The notes under the pieces are model-generated. The model was not told the origin of the DNA, searched no databases, and worked only from the letters and a program-made list of their open reading frames with translations. This document shows positions 9,454 to 19,113 of a stretch of 64,000 nucleotides of DNA, one piece after another (position 1 is the first letter of the stretch; the number at the start of each line of letters is the position of its first letter). A program made the position numbers and the translations under genes. Source of the stretch: a virus; IMG/VR virus record IMGVR_UViG_3300033567_000021; one strand, written 5' to 3'.

Positions 9454-10023
9454 TCAAGCTGGAGCCTGAGTTGTAATGTTGTAATAGTCGATGCCGCTAA
9501 CAAACGCACCAAAATACTCTGTTTGGTTAATCGTCGTGTTGGCAATAACGGAAAGTGTGACTCCCATTGGTTTCGGTATGATGAGACCAGCCGTAACAAG
9601 CTCCGTGTCTAAGTTGTCGGTTAATCCTGTTACGTTCGCCTGCATCGTCATGTCTTGGTTATCGATAATTTGCAGAGTTGAGGTAGGGAATACAGAATTC
9701 CATATGTCGTATATCTTTCCAATTGTTCCATCCCACTGATTACGTGCGATTCTCGCTTGCAACACAAGTCTGTAATGGTTGTCATCGAGAATGGAGGAAC
9801 TAGACGTTAGGGGAACGCCAATGTCACGTTGCTGTCCGATGCTCTGACCCACCACATCTAGTTGCTTTCCGATGGCATTTGTAACACTGAACGCATTCGG
9901 GATTGAATTTGTGGCCGTTTCGCCATCGTCAATCTTCGTGAGTGTAGAAGTAAGCCACGCGGTGAATTTAGGCTTCCCACGATGCTCTGAAGTGATTAGG
10001 TCCAGATAGGGTGTTATCGACAT
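9454..10023 (-). CDS. Baseplate wedge protein (DUF2612-like)
   Basis: YLDLITSEHR..PKF, GKQLDVVG, YRLVLQARIARNQWDGT; follows baseplate J. Confidence 0.8.
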   Translation of the reverse strand: MSITPYLDLITSEHRGKPKFTAWLTSTLTKIDDGETATNSIPNAFSVTNAIGKQLDVVGQSIGQQRDIGVPLTSSSSILDDNHYRLVLQARIARNQWDGTIGKIYDIWNSVFPTSTLQIIDNQDMTMQANVTGLTDNLDTELVTAGLIIPKPMGVTLSVIANTTINQTEYFGAFVSGIDYYNITTQAPA

Positions 10024-10035
10024 TTGCTCACCCCT

Positions 10036-11433
10036 TTACGAAGCATTTACAGTGATGTAATTTGTGTTCCCTCGCGATGCTTGGTTGAAAGCAACCGGAA
10101 TGTCTACTGTGCCCGGTGTAAATGCAACTACGGTTCCTATGGCGTAAGCGGCGTTTGCCGTGAAGGACGCAACAGGAATCGAAGTCGCGCCCACCGCAGC
10201 AGCCGCACTCGCTGTGACCACCTGTGTAGTCGAACCTGATCCGATGGTAAGTGATGCGCCAGACGCCACTGTGACGTTCAATGCGCTCACAGAAAGCGAT
10301 GTATATGCTGTGCCTGACACGAGCGCAGATGAAAGCGTTGCGCCGAGATGAACGGCCGCTTGAACACCCGTGACCGAAAATGCCGGATTCGCAGAGTTGG
10401 GATTGGCGGATAGTGCCGCACCCCAGAGACTTGAGATGTACACGTCTGTTCCGATGGCAACCGTATTTTCATACGACGATATGGCAGTCTGGATTGCTGT
10501 CGTGGTATCAGTTGTGTACCCACTTAATTTCTTGACGTTCACGACCACATCCACATCCACATAACCTAGGACGTCATAGTTGATGTTTGTGACCACTCCA
10601 TATGAATCTGTGACCGGGACTGTGGTTGTTCCATTCGTGCCACAGCCTGGACCCTTGTAGTCAAATATCGTCTGCCCGATATCTGCAGATGCGCCACCCT
10701 CAACGACACAAGTAACTGAATGCGCGGGTAATCCATTCGCATCTGTACTCGAAGTGTCGTTTTCATACACCTTGAACCGCGTTACGCCAGACAAATCCGC
10801 AAGCGCACCTTCCATGCCTTCTATGATGCTCTTGCTTGCCTGTGCCGTGCTTATGGCTTGCCGTGCGCGTAAAGCTGAATCAGTCTCAACTGGCGTACCC
10901 ACTGTGGCAGCGACCGTATTGGAGACGGATGTCCAACCAAGCGTCGGGGTGACAATGGAATTTATGTCCCCGGGATTCGCTGTTATGGCTCCTGATGTCT
11001 GGCAGGTGGCCGTCACGGTTACAGTTCCATTCGTACCGATGATTGTTGGGCTTGGCAATGACCAGTCAACCCCGTTTACATCAGACACAATCCCGCCGGT
11101 TATTTGAAGTCCTGCAGTACCTGTAATGACTACAGGACACGTCGAATACACTGCAGGATTCCTTTTGATGCCGTTTATACCGACAATGACGTCAAGTCCG
11201 CTGCCGATTGCAGTTGCAGGACCCCTGCTGTTATAAACCGCCTGACTGGTCAGAAATGAATCGTAAATCTTTTGAGAAACTGCACTAATCCACTGATAGT
11301 CCTGCGTATCGATTCCGAGATAAATGTCAGACCCGAAAATGTTCTGTGCATCGGCAACCATTTGGTTCACAATGTCTTGATAGGTTGGAATATGCATTCC
11401 GTTCGAATCGATGTACGGCGCAAAATAACTCAC
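10036..11433 (-). CDS. Baseplate J/gp47-like wedge protein
   Basis: GSGLDVIVGINGIKR, ETDSALRARQ, GLPAHSVTCVVEGG; GTG 11433 with RBS AAAGGAG. Confidence 0.9.
   Translation of the reverse strand: MSYFAPYIDSNGMHIPTYQDIVNQMVADAQNIFGSDIYLGIDTQDYQWISAVSQKIYDSFLTSQAVYNSRGPATAIGSGLDVIVGINGIKRNPAVYSTCPVVITGTAGLQITGGIVSDVNGVDWSLPSPTIIGTNGTVTVTATCQTSGAITANPGDINSIVTPTLGWTSVSNTVAATVGTPVETDSALRARQAISTAQASKSIIEGMEGALADLSGVTRFKVYENDTSSTDANGLPAHSVTCVVEGGASADIGQTIFDYKGPGCGTNGTTTVPVTDSYGVVTNINYDVLGYVDVDVVVNVKKLSGYTTDTTTAIQTAISSYENTVAIGTDVYISSLWGAALSANPNSANPAFSVTGVQAAVHLGATLSSALVSGTAYTSLSVSALNVTVASGASLTIGSGSTTQVVTASAAAAVGATSIPVASFTANAAYAIGTVVAFTPGTVDIPVAFNQASRGNTNYITVNAS
10123..10341 (-). repeat. Shared ~70-aa virion domain, copy 2 (baseplate J C-terminal region)
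   Basis: ATLSSALVSGTAYTSLSV...SFTANAAYAIGT. Confidence 0.9.
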
Positions 11434-11452
11434 GGCGTGAATGTCACTCCTT

Positions 11453-11797
11453 TCACGCCACATTCCCAAACTGACTTTCGACCATCATATTTGTGATTTG
11501 ATACTTCCTGTCTACGTAACTACTTGAAAAAGAGGTAATCTGCACGACGCCTTGGACGTCGAGGATTACCTCTTGGATAAGCATATCAACTGCATGAATG
11601 TGATTAGGAGAACCGGACAACCCGAGAATGTTCTGGAACAGCGGAAGACCCTGTGATGTGTCTTCCCACCACTCGCCTTGAAGGAGTTTCAAGGATGTGT
11701 ATACGGCTTGTCCTACCGCGTCTGCATCCGTATAAAAGTCGTTCGAATTGCCACCGAATATCATGTCCCCGTTCGCATCGAGTTTCCGATAGCGCAA
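11453..11797 (-). CDS. Baseplate wedge initiator (gp25/W-like)
   Basis: MRYRKLDANGD..FG, LKLLQGEWWED..GLP; position before baseplate J. Confidence 0.75.
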   Translation of the reverse strand: MRYRKLDANGDMIFGGNSNDFYTDADAVGQAVYTSLKLLQGEWWEDTSQGLPLFQNILGLSGSPNHIHAVDMLIQEVILDVQGVVQITSFSSSYVDRKYQITNMMVESQFGNVA

Positions 11798-11809
11798 GTT
11801 CCCACCCCC

Positions 11810-12358
11810 TTAACCAATCACGGTTCCGTTTGCTTTGACGGTTGTCGCAATGAGGTCTATTTCACCCGGTTTCATGCTGATATACGTGCTGCCGTCGTCC
11901 GTTCGCAATTGAGCGGAAGTCGTGGAATAGTTACTCACGACTCGTGGTTGGCTCCACATTCCCAAGATTGCCACGCCGTCTGATAAGTCGTGCCTTCTCT
12001 TTTCCGCTTGATTTTGAATCCCACCATTCTGCCACCACGAGTCCATGCAGTTGTCTAAAAAGACAACCAAACATTCGTCACCCTTACTGATCGGCATCGT
12101 AAGAGAAAATCCACCAGCGCGCGGAAACACAATCGGTACATCGACGAGTAGAGGGAGCGGAACAAAGGAATCCGTCAAATCAGGCTGTCGTATCCTTTCG
12201 CGGATTGCAGGTTGGACAGTTACTGTCTGCTCGGTGGCATTGAATGATTGGACGATGCCAGGTATTGCGACCCGCAGAGTGTTCGATAGATTGTCCATTA
12301 CAGCACGAAAGGTTTCTTCCTGATTGTTCGGAAGTATGTCTCCGATGGATAGCGTCAT
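11810..12358 (-). CDS. Baseplate spike (Gp138-like N-terminal domain)
   Basis: PGIVQSFNA..QTVTVQP, DVPIVFPRAGGF, GDECLVVF, RRHDLSD. Confidence 0.85.
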   Translation of the reverse strand: MTLSIGDILPNNQEETFRAVMDNLSNTLRVAIPGIVQSFNATEQTVTVQPAIRERIRQPDLTDSFVPLPLLVDVPIVFPRAGGFSLTMPISKGDECLVVFLDNCMDSWWQNGGIQNQAEKRRHDLSDGVAILGMWSQPRVVSNYSTTSAQLRTDDGSTYISMKPGEIDLIATTVKANGTVIG

Positions 12359-12371
12359 GACAATCCTCCCC

Positions 12372-13829
12372 TTACCACGGATTAGCTGTCGTCGTGCTAA
12401 TCATTCCAGGTATTCCGCCAGCTTGTGAAACCGTCGTGCACGAGCAGTACCAATCGTCTCCTCGTGTGTCCCCGATGAATTCAACGCCGACAACACGATA
12501 TATACCAGCGGCATCGAGCGGCCTTGGCACCGAACCTATTTGGTATGTTTGCGCTTGGACCAGACTGTTGTCGATATGAACGAGGGTGTTTATCTTCATG
12601 GCTGGATTCAACAAACATTTGAACGAAACGCCAAGTTCGTTTTGAACAGGTTGACCAATTAGCCCCGATTGAGGCGTTAGGTCAATGATTTCACCTTTAG
12701 GAGGATCGGACGCATGAATCAAATTGATGCGTCCATCATGCATGCTGTAAGCCGCGTTGTTCCCTTGTGCGATTTGGCGCAAGAAATCTCTTGTAAGCCC
12801 GAATACCACCTTTCCGCGTGGGAGCTTGGCGGTGCTCAAGGATGGTGATATTTCTCCTATTGGGCTTGGTACACTCGCATTACTCGCAAGGTTTTGTACG
12901 AGACTCCTTGCGGATTGACCGCGCGCCACGGTGAAATTCGCAAATGCCTGATTCAGTTGCAAGTTGGACGTAAGCGCGTTTATCGTCAAACGGTAGGTCA
13001 CGTTGTCCGGTTTGTCGCGAATAGGTTCCACGACATCCCCTTCAAAAATGACGCCGTATTGAGAGCCTTCATAACCTGCCTCAACAACAATCTTGTCGCC
13101 ATAGTTGAGAAGGAAGTTCTCTGTGGCTGGGTTCAAGTTATAGATGACAACCGTGGAGAACGGTGGTTGTTGATTGACCACGTACTGAATGTCGAATGTG
13201 CAATGAAGGTCTGATACGTCAAGCGCAATACCGCTGCTGTTGCTCACCAAGATGCGATACCGACGTCCATATAAAATGTTTCCTGTGCGCTGACTGTTCG
13301 CGAGCACGCTGTAGTTCGTAGCCGGGAAACTGACTTGATTATCAGTGGACGTATTGTCCAATGCATACGTTGTAGACAAGTCGAAAGTTAGGCCACTCGG
13401 TACGTTGTATTTGGTGCCTGTTACCGCTGTGTATGCGGCATATAATCTATGCCCATCCCCGCCGTAATGTCCGGTGTCCCACGGGCTTTGTATGATTGCA
13501 TTGAGTTGGGCGAGCGGGCTACCAGTTTGTATCGCTGCCCTGACACCCGGATAACTCGGATCTGTTTTATAGAGCGTTGCATACCCTTCTGCCCCTGCTG
13601 CAGGCGACGGGAAAATTATAAATCCCCCGGATGTTAATGCGCCTGTCCCCAGCCTATCTACAACCGAATTACCCGGCGTGATGCCCGCCGGATTGTACCC
13701 GGGCCAGTTTGCGCTTGATATGAACTCTTCTGCCAACCACTGTGCTAGTACGACATTCCTGTCGAGTCCGATGGCATTCGTAACGCCTTGCGCTAATTGG
13801 GCAACGTATGGATCGATTGTTACACCCAT
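12372..13829 (-). CDS. Baseplate hub protein with N-terminal lysozyme-like domain
   Basis: C-terminal ~300 aa hub motifs (VVIYNLN, VEAGY..GVIFEG, TPQSGLIGQP); N-terminal ~135 aa with AQWLAEE, NPAGI, FPSPAAG..Y. Confidence 0.75.
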   Translation of the reverse strand: MGVTIDPYVAQLAQGVTNAIGLDRNVVLAQWLAEEFISSANWPGYNPAGITPGNSVVDRLGTGALTSGGFIIFPSPAAGAEGYATLYKTDPSYPGVRAAIQTGSPLAQLNAIIQSPWDTGHYGGDGHRLYAAYTAVTGTKYNVPSGLTFDLSTTYALDNTSTDNQVSFPATNYSVLANSQRTGNILYGRRYRILVSNSSGIALDVSDLHCTFDIQYVVNQQPPFSTVVIYNLNPATENFLLNYGDKIVVEAGYEGSQYGVIFEGDVVEPIRDKPDNVTYRLTINALTSNLQLNQAFANFTVARGQSARSLVQNLASNASVPSPIGEISPSLSTAKLPRGKVVFGLTRDFLRQIAQGNNAAYSMHDGRINLIHASDPPKGEIIDLTPQSGLIGQPVQNELGVSFKCLLNPAMKINTLVHIDNSLVQAQTYQIGSVPRPLDAAGIYRVVGVEFIGDTRGDDWYCSCTTVSQAGGIPGMISTTTANPW

Positions 13830-13839
13830 ACCATCACCC

Positions 13840-14190
13840 CTACCCTATATAAGATTCACTGTCTGACCAGACAAGCAAGAAATCAGATCCGAGGTCCGTG
13901 AAAGTTGGATTGTCGGGCAATCCCGTTGAAGCAGGCACCAGATACGCGCTACCGATGCCGAGATACTGATATTGGTGGAGGATGTTTGCCGCTGGATACT
14001 GTCCGGTGATGACAGGGATTGCATCGAGCAACAGATTCCCGTTTGTATCAGCGATGGACATGTACCAATACGCGCCTTGCGCATTCCACGTGAAGGAAAA
14101 GGTTAGAGTGACATTCTTCCCATCGACCGGAAGTGTGCATGTTTCCATCTGGTTGGAACCGGATGCGATAGGTACAATCACATTCGCCAT
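13840..14190 (-). CDS. Baseplate plug protein
   Basis: LTFSFTWNAQGAYWYMSI..D, QYQYLGIG; canonical position. Confidence 0.7.
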   Translation of the reverse strand: MANVIVPIASGSNQMETCTLPVDGKNVTLTFSFTWNAQGAYWYMSIADTNGNLLLDAIPVITGQYPAANILHQYQYLGIGSAYLVPASTGLPDNPTFTDLGSDFLLVWSDSESYIG

Positions 14191-14264
14191 GCGTTCACCT
14201 CCAAAACATGATGATGAAAAGGTTTATTTTGTATATGATGTAACCATGAAATGGAGGATTAATT

Positions 14265-14513
14265 ATGAGATATTTTCTAGCCATTGTTCTACCGCCTCTA
14301 GCTGTTCTCTTTTGCGGAAAACCAATATCGGCAATACTCAATCTTTTTCTTTGTGTTTTCGGTTGGATACCAGGCGTCATACATGCATTTTTTGTCGTTA
14401 ACAGCCACAAGAATCAAAAGTCCATGCGGAGGATTGAAAACAGAATCATGTCATCAAGCGTGTTAGCGCATCAAGACGCTTCCGAGATTGTAGACGCCAT
14501 TCGGAAAAAATGA
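14265..14513 (+). CDS. YqaE/Pmp3-family membrane proteolipid (moron, antisense to tail operon)
   Basis: LAIVLPPLAV...LNLFLCVFGWIPGVIHA signature; RBS GGAGG. Confidence 0.85.
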   Translation: MRYFLAIVLPPLAVLFCGKPISAILNLFLCVFGWIPGVIHAFFVVNSHKNQKSMRRIENRIMSSSVLAHQDASEIVDAIRKK

Positions 14514-14514
14514 A

Positions 14515-15096
14515 CTACGATGTCTTTTTTCCATTTATCAAGCCACCGATAATCGACAGCAGTGACGAAGGAACACCCTGCGGCTGCTGTTTTCCTTTTT
14601 TGGAGTTATCGGTTGTTCCCGGGTTTGCGCTAATCTTAACTACCTGCACCGTGGCCACAAGTAACTCTTTCATCTCTACGGTGCACCTAAGACCGTGGGT
14701 GGTCGTGTGGTCATCTTGGGCGGTCAATGTCTCGACAAGCATGTTCTGGTATAACCCCAGCCTCGTATACACCTGGATAGGGATGCGTAACTGCTGAAGT
14801 TGCTGAAGGACCTTAAATGCTTCCACTGACCGCGATGAACCACCGGAGAATTGACCTGGTATAAAACTCTGCGCGACATCTGACATACCGATATTCAGCG
14901 ATATGGTGCGCGGCTGTAGATATGCAAAGTCAGTTACGGATGAACCCTCTTGAATAGGATGGTCCGTCGTGGTCAGCGTGCTCGTGTGTGTGCCTTGGAG
15001 CAGAGCATCAAAAAACCAACCGCCAATGTTTGTCTTGGCGTACACGAAGGTGCTGATGGGCTGCTGCGTAAGGTCGAGAACAGGAGAAGAGCTCAT
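14515..15096 (-). CDS. Baseplate/tail tube initiator protein
   Basis: TTTDHPIQEGSSVTD, YTRLGLYQNML; follows tape measure. Confidence 0.75.
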   Translation of the reverse strand: MSSSPVLDLTQQPISTFVYAKTNIGGWFFDALLQGTHTSTLTTTDHPIQEGSSVTDFAYLQPRTISLNIGMSDVAQSFIPGQFSGGSSRSVEAFKVLQQLQQLRIPIQVYTRLGLYQNMLVETLTAQDDHTTTHGLRCTVEMKELLVATVQVVKISANPGTTDNSKKGKQQPQGVPSSLLSIIGGLINGKKTS

Positions 15097-16643
15097 CGCA
15101 TGACACCCCTCAAGTTGTACAAGTGGCGATTGTATCCCTGCTGAATGGCACTCGCTACAGATTGCGGATTACTTCCGTAGACATTGACCGTTTGTGGTGC
15201 GTTCACTTGCGTTGTTTTCGAAGATGAGCTGCCGGTGTTTTGGAACATGTACGGATATGATGGCGGACCAACGGCAGGTCCCTTTGCACCGGTCACATCA
15301 GACTGAGATATAATCCCGGTGTTCGCTAAGTTTTGACCAGTCCACATGTTCTGAAGGACTTGGCTTGCACCTTTCCAATCCCCGTGTAAAGCATCGCCCA
15401 CGAGATTAGCCAAACTAGATAGTTCCTCGATTGCTCCAGACAATTCTTTAATTGCACCAATAGCGAGGTCCGCGATTAGCTGGAAGAAGTTCTGTAAACC
15501 GCTTGAACCACTGCTGTTATTAAACAAACCGAACAAGTGTCCAATCCCGGTAATTACATTTCCAAGAGAACCCCAAAGGTCACTAAACGCTTTGAATAAA
15601 GAAGAAACCGAACCAGTATAAGCCTTTATAGTTCCATTCTTCTGGAATGTTGTGTACATATTCTCGGTGAACTTTTTCACCTTTTGCATTGTACTACCCA
15701 ACCAGTCGAACGACGTTTTGATGTCTCCGGCAATTTTCTTTCCAATCCCCATCTTCTTCAACGCGTCAGTCGTCTTAACGACCCACGCCCATAATTGCGG
15801 AAACGCCGACTTTGATGGGTTTTGCAGATAGGTCTCAAAGTCATCTAACAGGAGAATTGCCGCGCCTATGCCCTCAATGAACAGCATAAAAGGATTTGAT
15901 ATCGAAAGAATGGCGAGCGCGGCCGCTATACCCTTCGCCCAACCAGGCACATATTGGAGTATTGTTTTAAGCCACGTGTAAACCTTGCCAAGCGCTTGTC
16001 CAATGTAATATCCGGCTTGGACAAACGATGCCATGACCTCGGCCACTTTCTTTGTCCATGTCGGCATATTCTTGATGATAACGTTGTTGATGGACTGAAG
16101 AACGTCATGCACCTTTGAGATGGGACCCGACATGTATTTGATGAAGTAGTAGCCAATCCATTGCAGCGCGTAATATGCCTCGAGTTTCATCTGCTTGAAC
16201 TGGAGTTGCACGTTCTGAATCATCTGTATCTGTTGCTTGTAATCGGTTGGTGTTGCCATCTGCAGTGCAATTTGGTGCAACTGTTGATACTGTTTCATGA
16301 GTGTCGGACTCAGATAGAGTTCCTGCAGCGTTGCGCCCATCGACTTGAGTGTCGCATTGAACGCTTGCGCCTGTTGTTGGGTAGTCCACAACTGCCGAGA
16401 CAATATCTCCATCTGGATTTCTTGGTTGCCGAGCCCGTTCAGGAACTTCGCCGTTCCGACCACTGCGGCTACACCGAAAGCTGCTACCGCTGTACTTGCC
16501 TTCGCAAGGTTTTTGATAGCATCCCCCGCAAACTTTGTAAGTCCTACGTCAACAGAATCAATTGCTTTTTTCGTCTGGTCGTATGAACCTTTGTCCACTT
16601 CGAAGCCGAGGCTCACAAGATAGGATTTTATCGTCTCTAACAC
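15093..16643 (-). CDS. Tape measure protein
   Basis: IKSYLVSLGFEVD start, long helical/hydrophobic body, follows tail chaperones. Confidence 0.85.
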   Translation of the reverse strand: MLETIKSYLVSLGFEVDKGSYDQTKKAIDSVDVGLTKFAGDAIKNLAKASTAVAAFGVAAVVGTAKFLNGLGNQEIQMEILSRQLWTTQQQAQAFNATLKSMGATLQELYLSPTLMKQYQQLHQIALQMATPTDYKQQIQMIQNVQLQFKQMKLEAYYALQWIGYYFIKYMSGPISKVHDVLQSINNVIIKNMPTWTKKVAEVMASFVQAGYYIGQALGKVYTWLKTILQYVPGWAKGIAAALAILSISNPFMLFIEGIGAAILLLDDFETYLQNPSKSAFPQLWAWVVKTTDALKKMGIGKKIAGDIKTSFDWLGSTMQKVKKFTENMYTTFQKNGTIKAYTGSVSSLFKAFSDLWGSLGNVITGIGHLFGLFNNSSGSSGLQNFFQLIADLAIGAIKELSGAIEELSSLANLVGDALHGDWKGASQVLQNMWTGQNLANTGIISQSDVTGAKGPAVGPPSYPYMFQNTGSSSSKTTQVNAPQTVNVYGSNPQSVASAIQQGYNRHLYNLRGVMR

Positions 16644-16648
16644 AGTGA

Positions 16649-16888
16649 TTACCTCCCTTCTTCGGACGCTTCACGCGCGCGCCAATCATTCTCTGCACGC
16701 ACTTGGAGTATTTCGTGCGCATCTAACAGGTCATCAAACGAGTAGACGTCTTCCACGAGGTCCTTATGCGTCCAGAAGTCCGCGACAACGGGCGCGAATA
16801 TAAACGGGTCAAGGTTCGTTAGTTCGGCGAGTTGGTAGCCAGGATACCGCCAAGCAACCCCCTCAAGGGGCTTCCTTCGAAAAAACCC
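16649..16888 (-). CDS. Tail assembly chaperone GT extension (-1 frameshift frame)
   Basis: Open -1 frame past slippery G GGT TTT; SFDDLLDAHEILQV motif; no RBS-coupled start seen. Confidence 0.65.
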   Translation of the reverse strand, partial: GFFRRKPLEGVAWRYPGYQLAELTNLDPFIFAPVVADFWTHKDLVEDVYSFDDLLDAHEILQVRAENDWRAREASEEGR

Positions 16889-17298
16889 GTGAAGTTGTGA
16901 ATGAGCGTATGGACCATCAGTGCCATGATGGTCATTCCATCCTCTTCTAAGTCCGGTACAGAGAAAGACCCGTTGTCGTAGACCACAGGAATCGAACCAC
17001 TCGGCATATTTACTGTGCAGACCTCTAAACACTTTTCTTGGATGTACGTGAAGTCTGATTCGGTGAGTTGTGCGAGAGGCGCAATCAGAGATGCGATGTC
17101 GATGTCCTTAAGAGACACATTGTCCATGTTTTCGACGTCATTCAATAGCTTCGGGTCCAAGCCTTTGATAAGAGGTTCGACCATCGGAGCCAATATGCCA
17201 GAAACCTTCATAATGATGAATGGTCCTTTTTTGGCACTGAACTTTCCAATCCGATAGTCGCGTCCTTTAATATTTACGTTCTTGTACTTGTCTCCCAA
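16819..17298 (-). CDS. Tail assembly chaperone (G)
   Basis: Between tube and tape measure; acidic. Confidence 0.75.
   Translation of the reverse strand: MGDKYKNVNIKGRDYRIGKFSAKKGPFIIMKVSGILAPMVEPLIKGLDPKLLNDVENMDNVSLKDIDIASLIAPLAQLTESDFTYIQEKCLEVCTVNMPSGSIPVVYDNGSFSVPDLEEDGMTIMALMVHTLIHNFTGFFEGSPLRGLLGGILATNSPN
16882..16888 (-). promoter_or_regulatory. Programmed -1 frameshift heptamer GGGTTTT
   Basis: Codons ACG GGT TTT fit X XXY YYZ near the 3' end of the chaperone gene. Confidence 0.7.
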
Positions 17299-17311
17299 TC
17301 AAAGCATCCCC

Positions 17312-17752
17312 TTATGCAACGTTTAGTTCAGTGATATCCGCGGCCATCATGTTCCACGTACGTTGTTGGCCTTGCGCCTGATAAGACAATTCTGCTCGTT
17401 GCTGGAACGATACGTCAGAGGCAATAACGAGGTCTCCCATATTCGGTGAGCGGACAGTCGAAGAGATTTGCGCCCATTCGGAAGAAGGCGCTGTGAGAAG
17501 GTAATTGTAGAGATTGAGCAACCACTTATTAAACTCTGAAGTCTGCTGAATTTGAATCGCCATGGACCCGTTGTTACCCTCGATTTTAGACACCATAATC
17601 GATCCATCGGCGGATACGTCATGTGCTGTTCTTTCTGTACTCATCGTGATTGTGATTGTGCCTAATCCGACACCGTGCGCAACATACTGTCCGACTGCCG
17701 GGTGAGAAATAACCAATGCGACATCGCCAAAGCTATAAGTTGTCGTTGACAT
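17312..17752 (-). CDS. Tail tube protein (DUF3277-like)
   Basis: TYSFGDV, MSTERTAHDVSADG, QQTSEFNKWL. Confidence 0.85.
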   Translation of the reverse strand: MSTTTYSFGDVALVISHPAVGQYVAHGVGLGTITITMSTERTAHDVSADGSIMVSKIEGNNGSMAIQIQQTSEFNKWLLNLYNYLLTAPSSEWAQISSTVRSPNMGDLVIASDVSFQQRAELSYQAQGQQRTWNMMAADITELNVA

Positions 17753-17769
17753 TTAAGCAACCTCCTTCG

Positions 17770-19104
17770 TTACTGATTCACAACCAAACCGATAACTACG
17801 TGCTCAATAGCGCCGGCCATCTTTACGCACGCATAAATCGGAGGAGACTTACGAGCGGTCCTGTCTGCGGAGCTCTGGTTCGCAATTGTATCTGCAAGAA
17901 CAAGAAAACCGAGAGGTAGGTTTGTTCCCGTTTGCAACCCTAAAACAGGCGCGGCAGTCCAGATTCCAGGTGCCAATACGCCTTCTTTGCGAGCCTGGTC
18001 GCAAACGCTGGAAATCGCATTAACGAGTATCGTCACACCAGGGTCCGTCTGTGGTACTTTTGGACTTTGAGTGAGTGCGGTGACGACTGCCGTTTGAATC
18101 CCGACCGTAAGCGCATCGATATTGAGCAACTGGTCAAACGGCGTTCCATCGGCCATCGTGCCTTGCACCAATAAATCGTATTGGCCGTTGTAACTCGTAT
18201 ACACATTTCCGTTCCATCCGGTTATGTTCGTGAGCTGTTGCGTGGTCAGGTTGTCGGCAGTAACTCCAATGAGCGATTTGTATGCGAGTGAGAAGGCCGA
18301 GTTTGCGAGACCGGTATTCGATCCCATCGCAATTCCCATAATGGCAGCGCCGGCATATGCTTCGCTCGTCGTGTAGATGCCAAGTACACGCGTATACTTG
18401 TTCGCTTGTAGCACAGACATCACGTTCGGTGTCGTTCCGCTTGCCACATTCGCCGATTGTGTGTCGTAGAATTGTGCGGACAATGGCGTGGCAGATTGGA
18501 TGTACCCTGCAATGGCTTCAATGTCTGCGTCTGTGGCTCCTGTGACATAACAGGCATACCAGTTAGTATTTGACGAACGGCACGCTGTGACGGCTTGCAG
18601 AGGTGTCTCCGCTGCCGATACGTTCGCACCAATGGCATACGCGGCATTCGCGGTGAAGGAGTTGACATCAATCACCGTTGCGCCTGCAGCGGCAGCGGCA
18701 CTCGCAGTGACGACTTGCGTTGTCGGAGCTGTTCCAATCGTGATGCTCACGCCGGGCTGCACAGCTTCAGGAAGTGCGGCCACATCGATCACTGTGTAAG
18801 CCGTCCCAGATACGAGTGCCGCCGACAGAGTCGTTGCAATCGTTCCCTGTCTTCCGATAACCACGTTTGACGGTCGTGGGGTTTGTGAGAAATAGACTTC
18901 TGCCGCTTCGTACTCGGGCTCCGTGCCCGTCCAACCATTTGAAGTCATGTCGGATGTACTGCTATATAGCGCAGTCCGATTGGCTGTCGGTATGATTGTC
19001 GACGCCCCGATGATGAGACCCAGATTGAGTTGGTTGGCCGATGCAGATACGGGCGATACCTCAACTGTCACACTTACGATATTAGATAGAGATTGTGTGG
19101 GCAA
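17770..19104 (-). CDS. Tail sheath protein (DUF3383-like)
   Basis: LSNIVSVTV, YFSQTPRP..IGRQ, KVPQTDPG, KMAGAIEHV. Confidence 0.9.
   Translation of the reverse strand: MPTQSLSNIVSVTVEVSPVSASANQLNLGLIIGASTIIPTANRTALYSSTSDMTSNGWTGTEPEYEAAEVYFSQTPRPSNVVIGRQGTIATTLSAALVSGTAYTVIDVAALPEAVQPGVSITIGTAPTTQVVTASAAAAAGATVIDVNSFTANAAYAIGANVSAAETPLQAVTACRSSNTNWYACYVTGATDADIEAIAGYIQSATPLSAQFYDTQSANVASGTTPNVMSVLQANKYTRVLGIYTTSEAYAGAAIMGIAMGSNTGLANSAFSLAYKSLIGVTADNLTTQQLTNITGWNGNVYTSYNGQYDLLVQGTMADGTPFDQLLNIDALTVGIQTAVVTALTQSPKVPQTDPGVTILVNAISSVCDQARKEGVLAPGIWTAAPVLGLQTGTNLPLGFLVLADTIANQSSADRTARKSPPIYACVKMAGAIEHVVIGLVVNQ
18616..18834 (-). repeat. Shared ~70-aa virion domain, copy 3 (sheath aa 91-163)
   Basis: TTLSAALVSGTAYTVIDV...SFTANAAYAIGA. 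Confidence 0.9.
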
Positions 19105-19113
19105 AATTTACAC

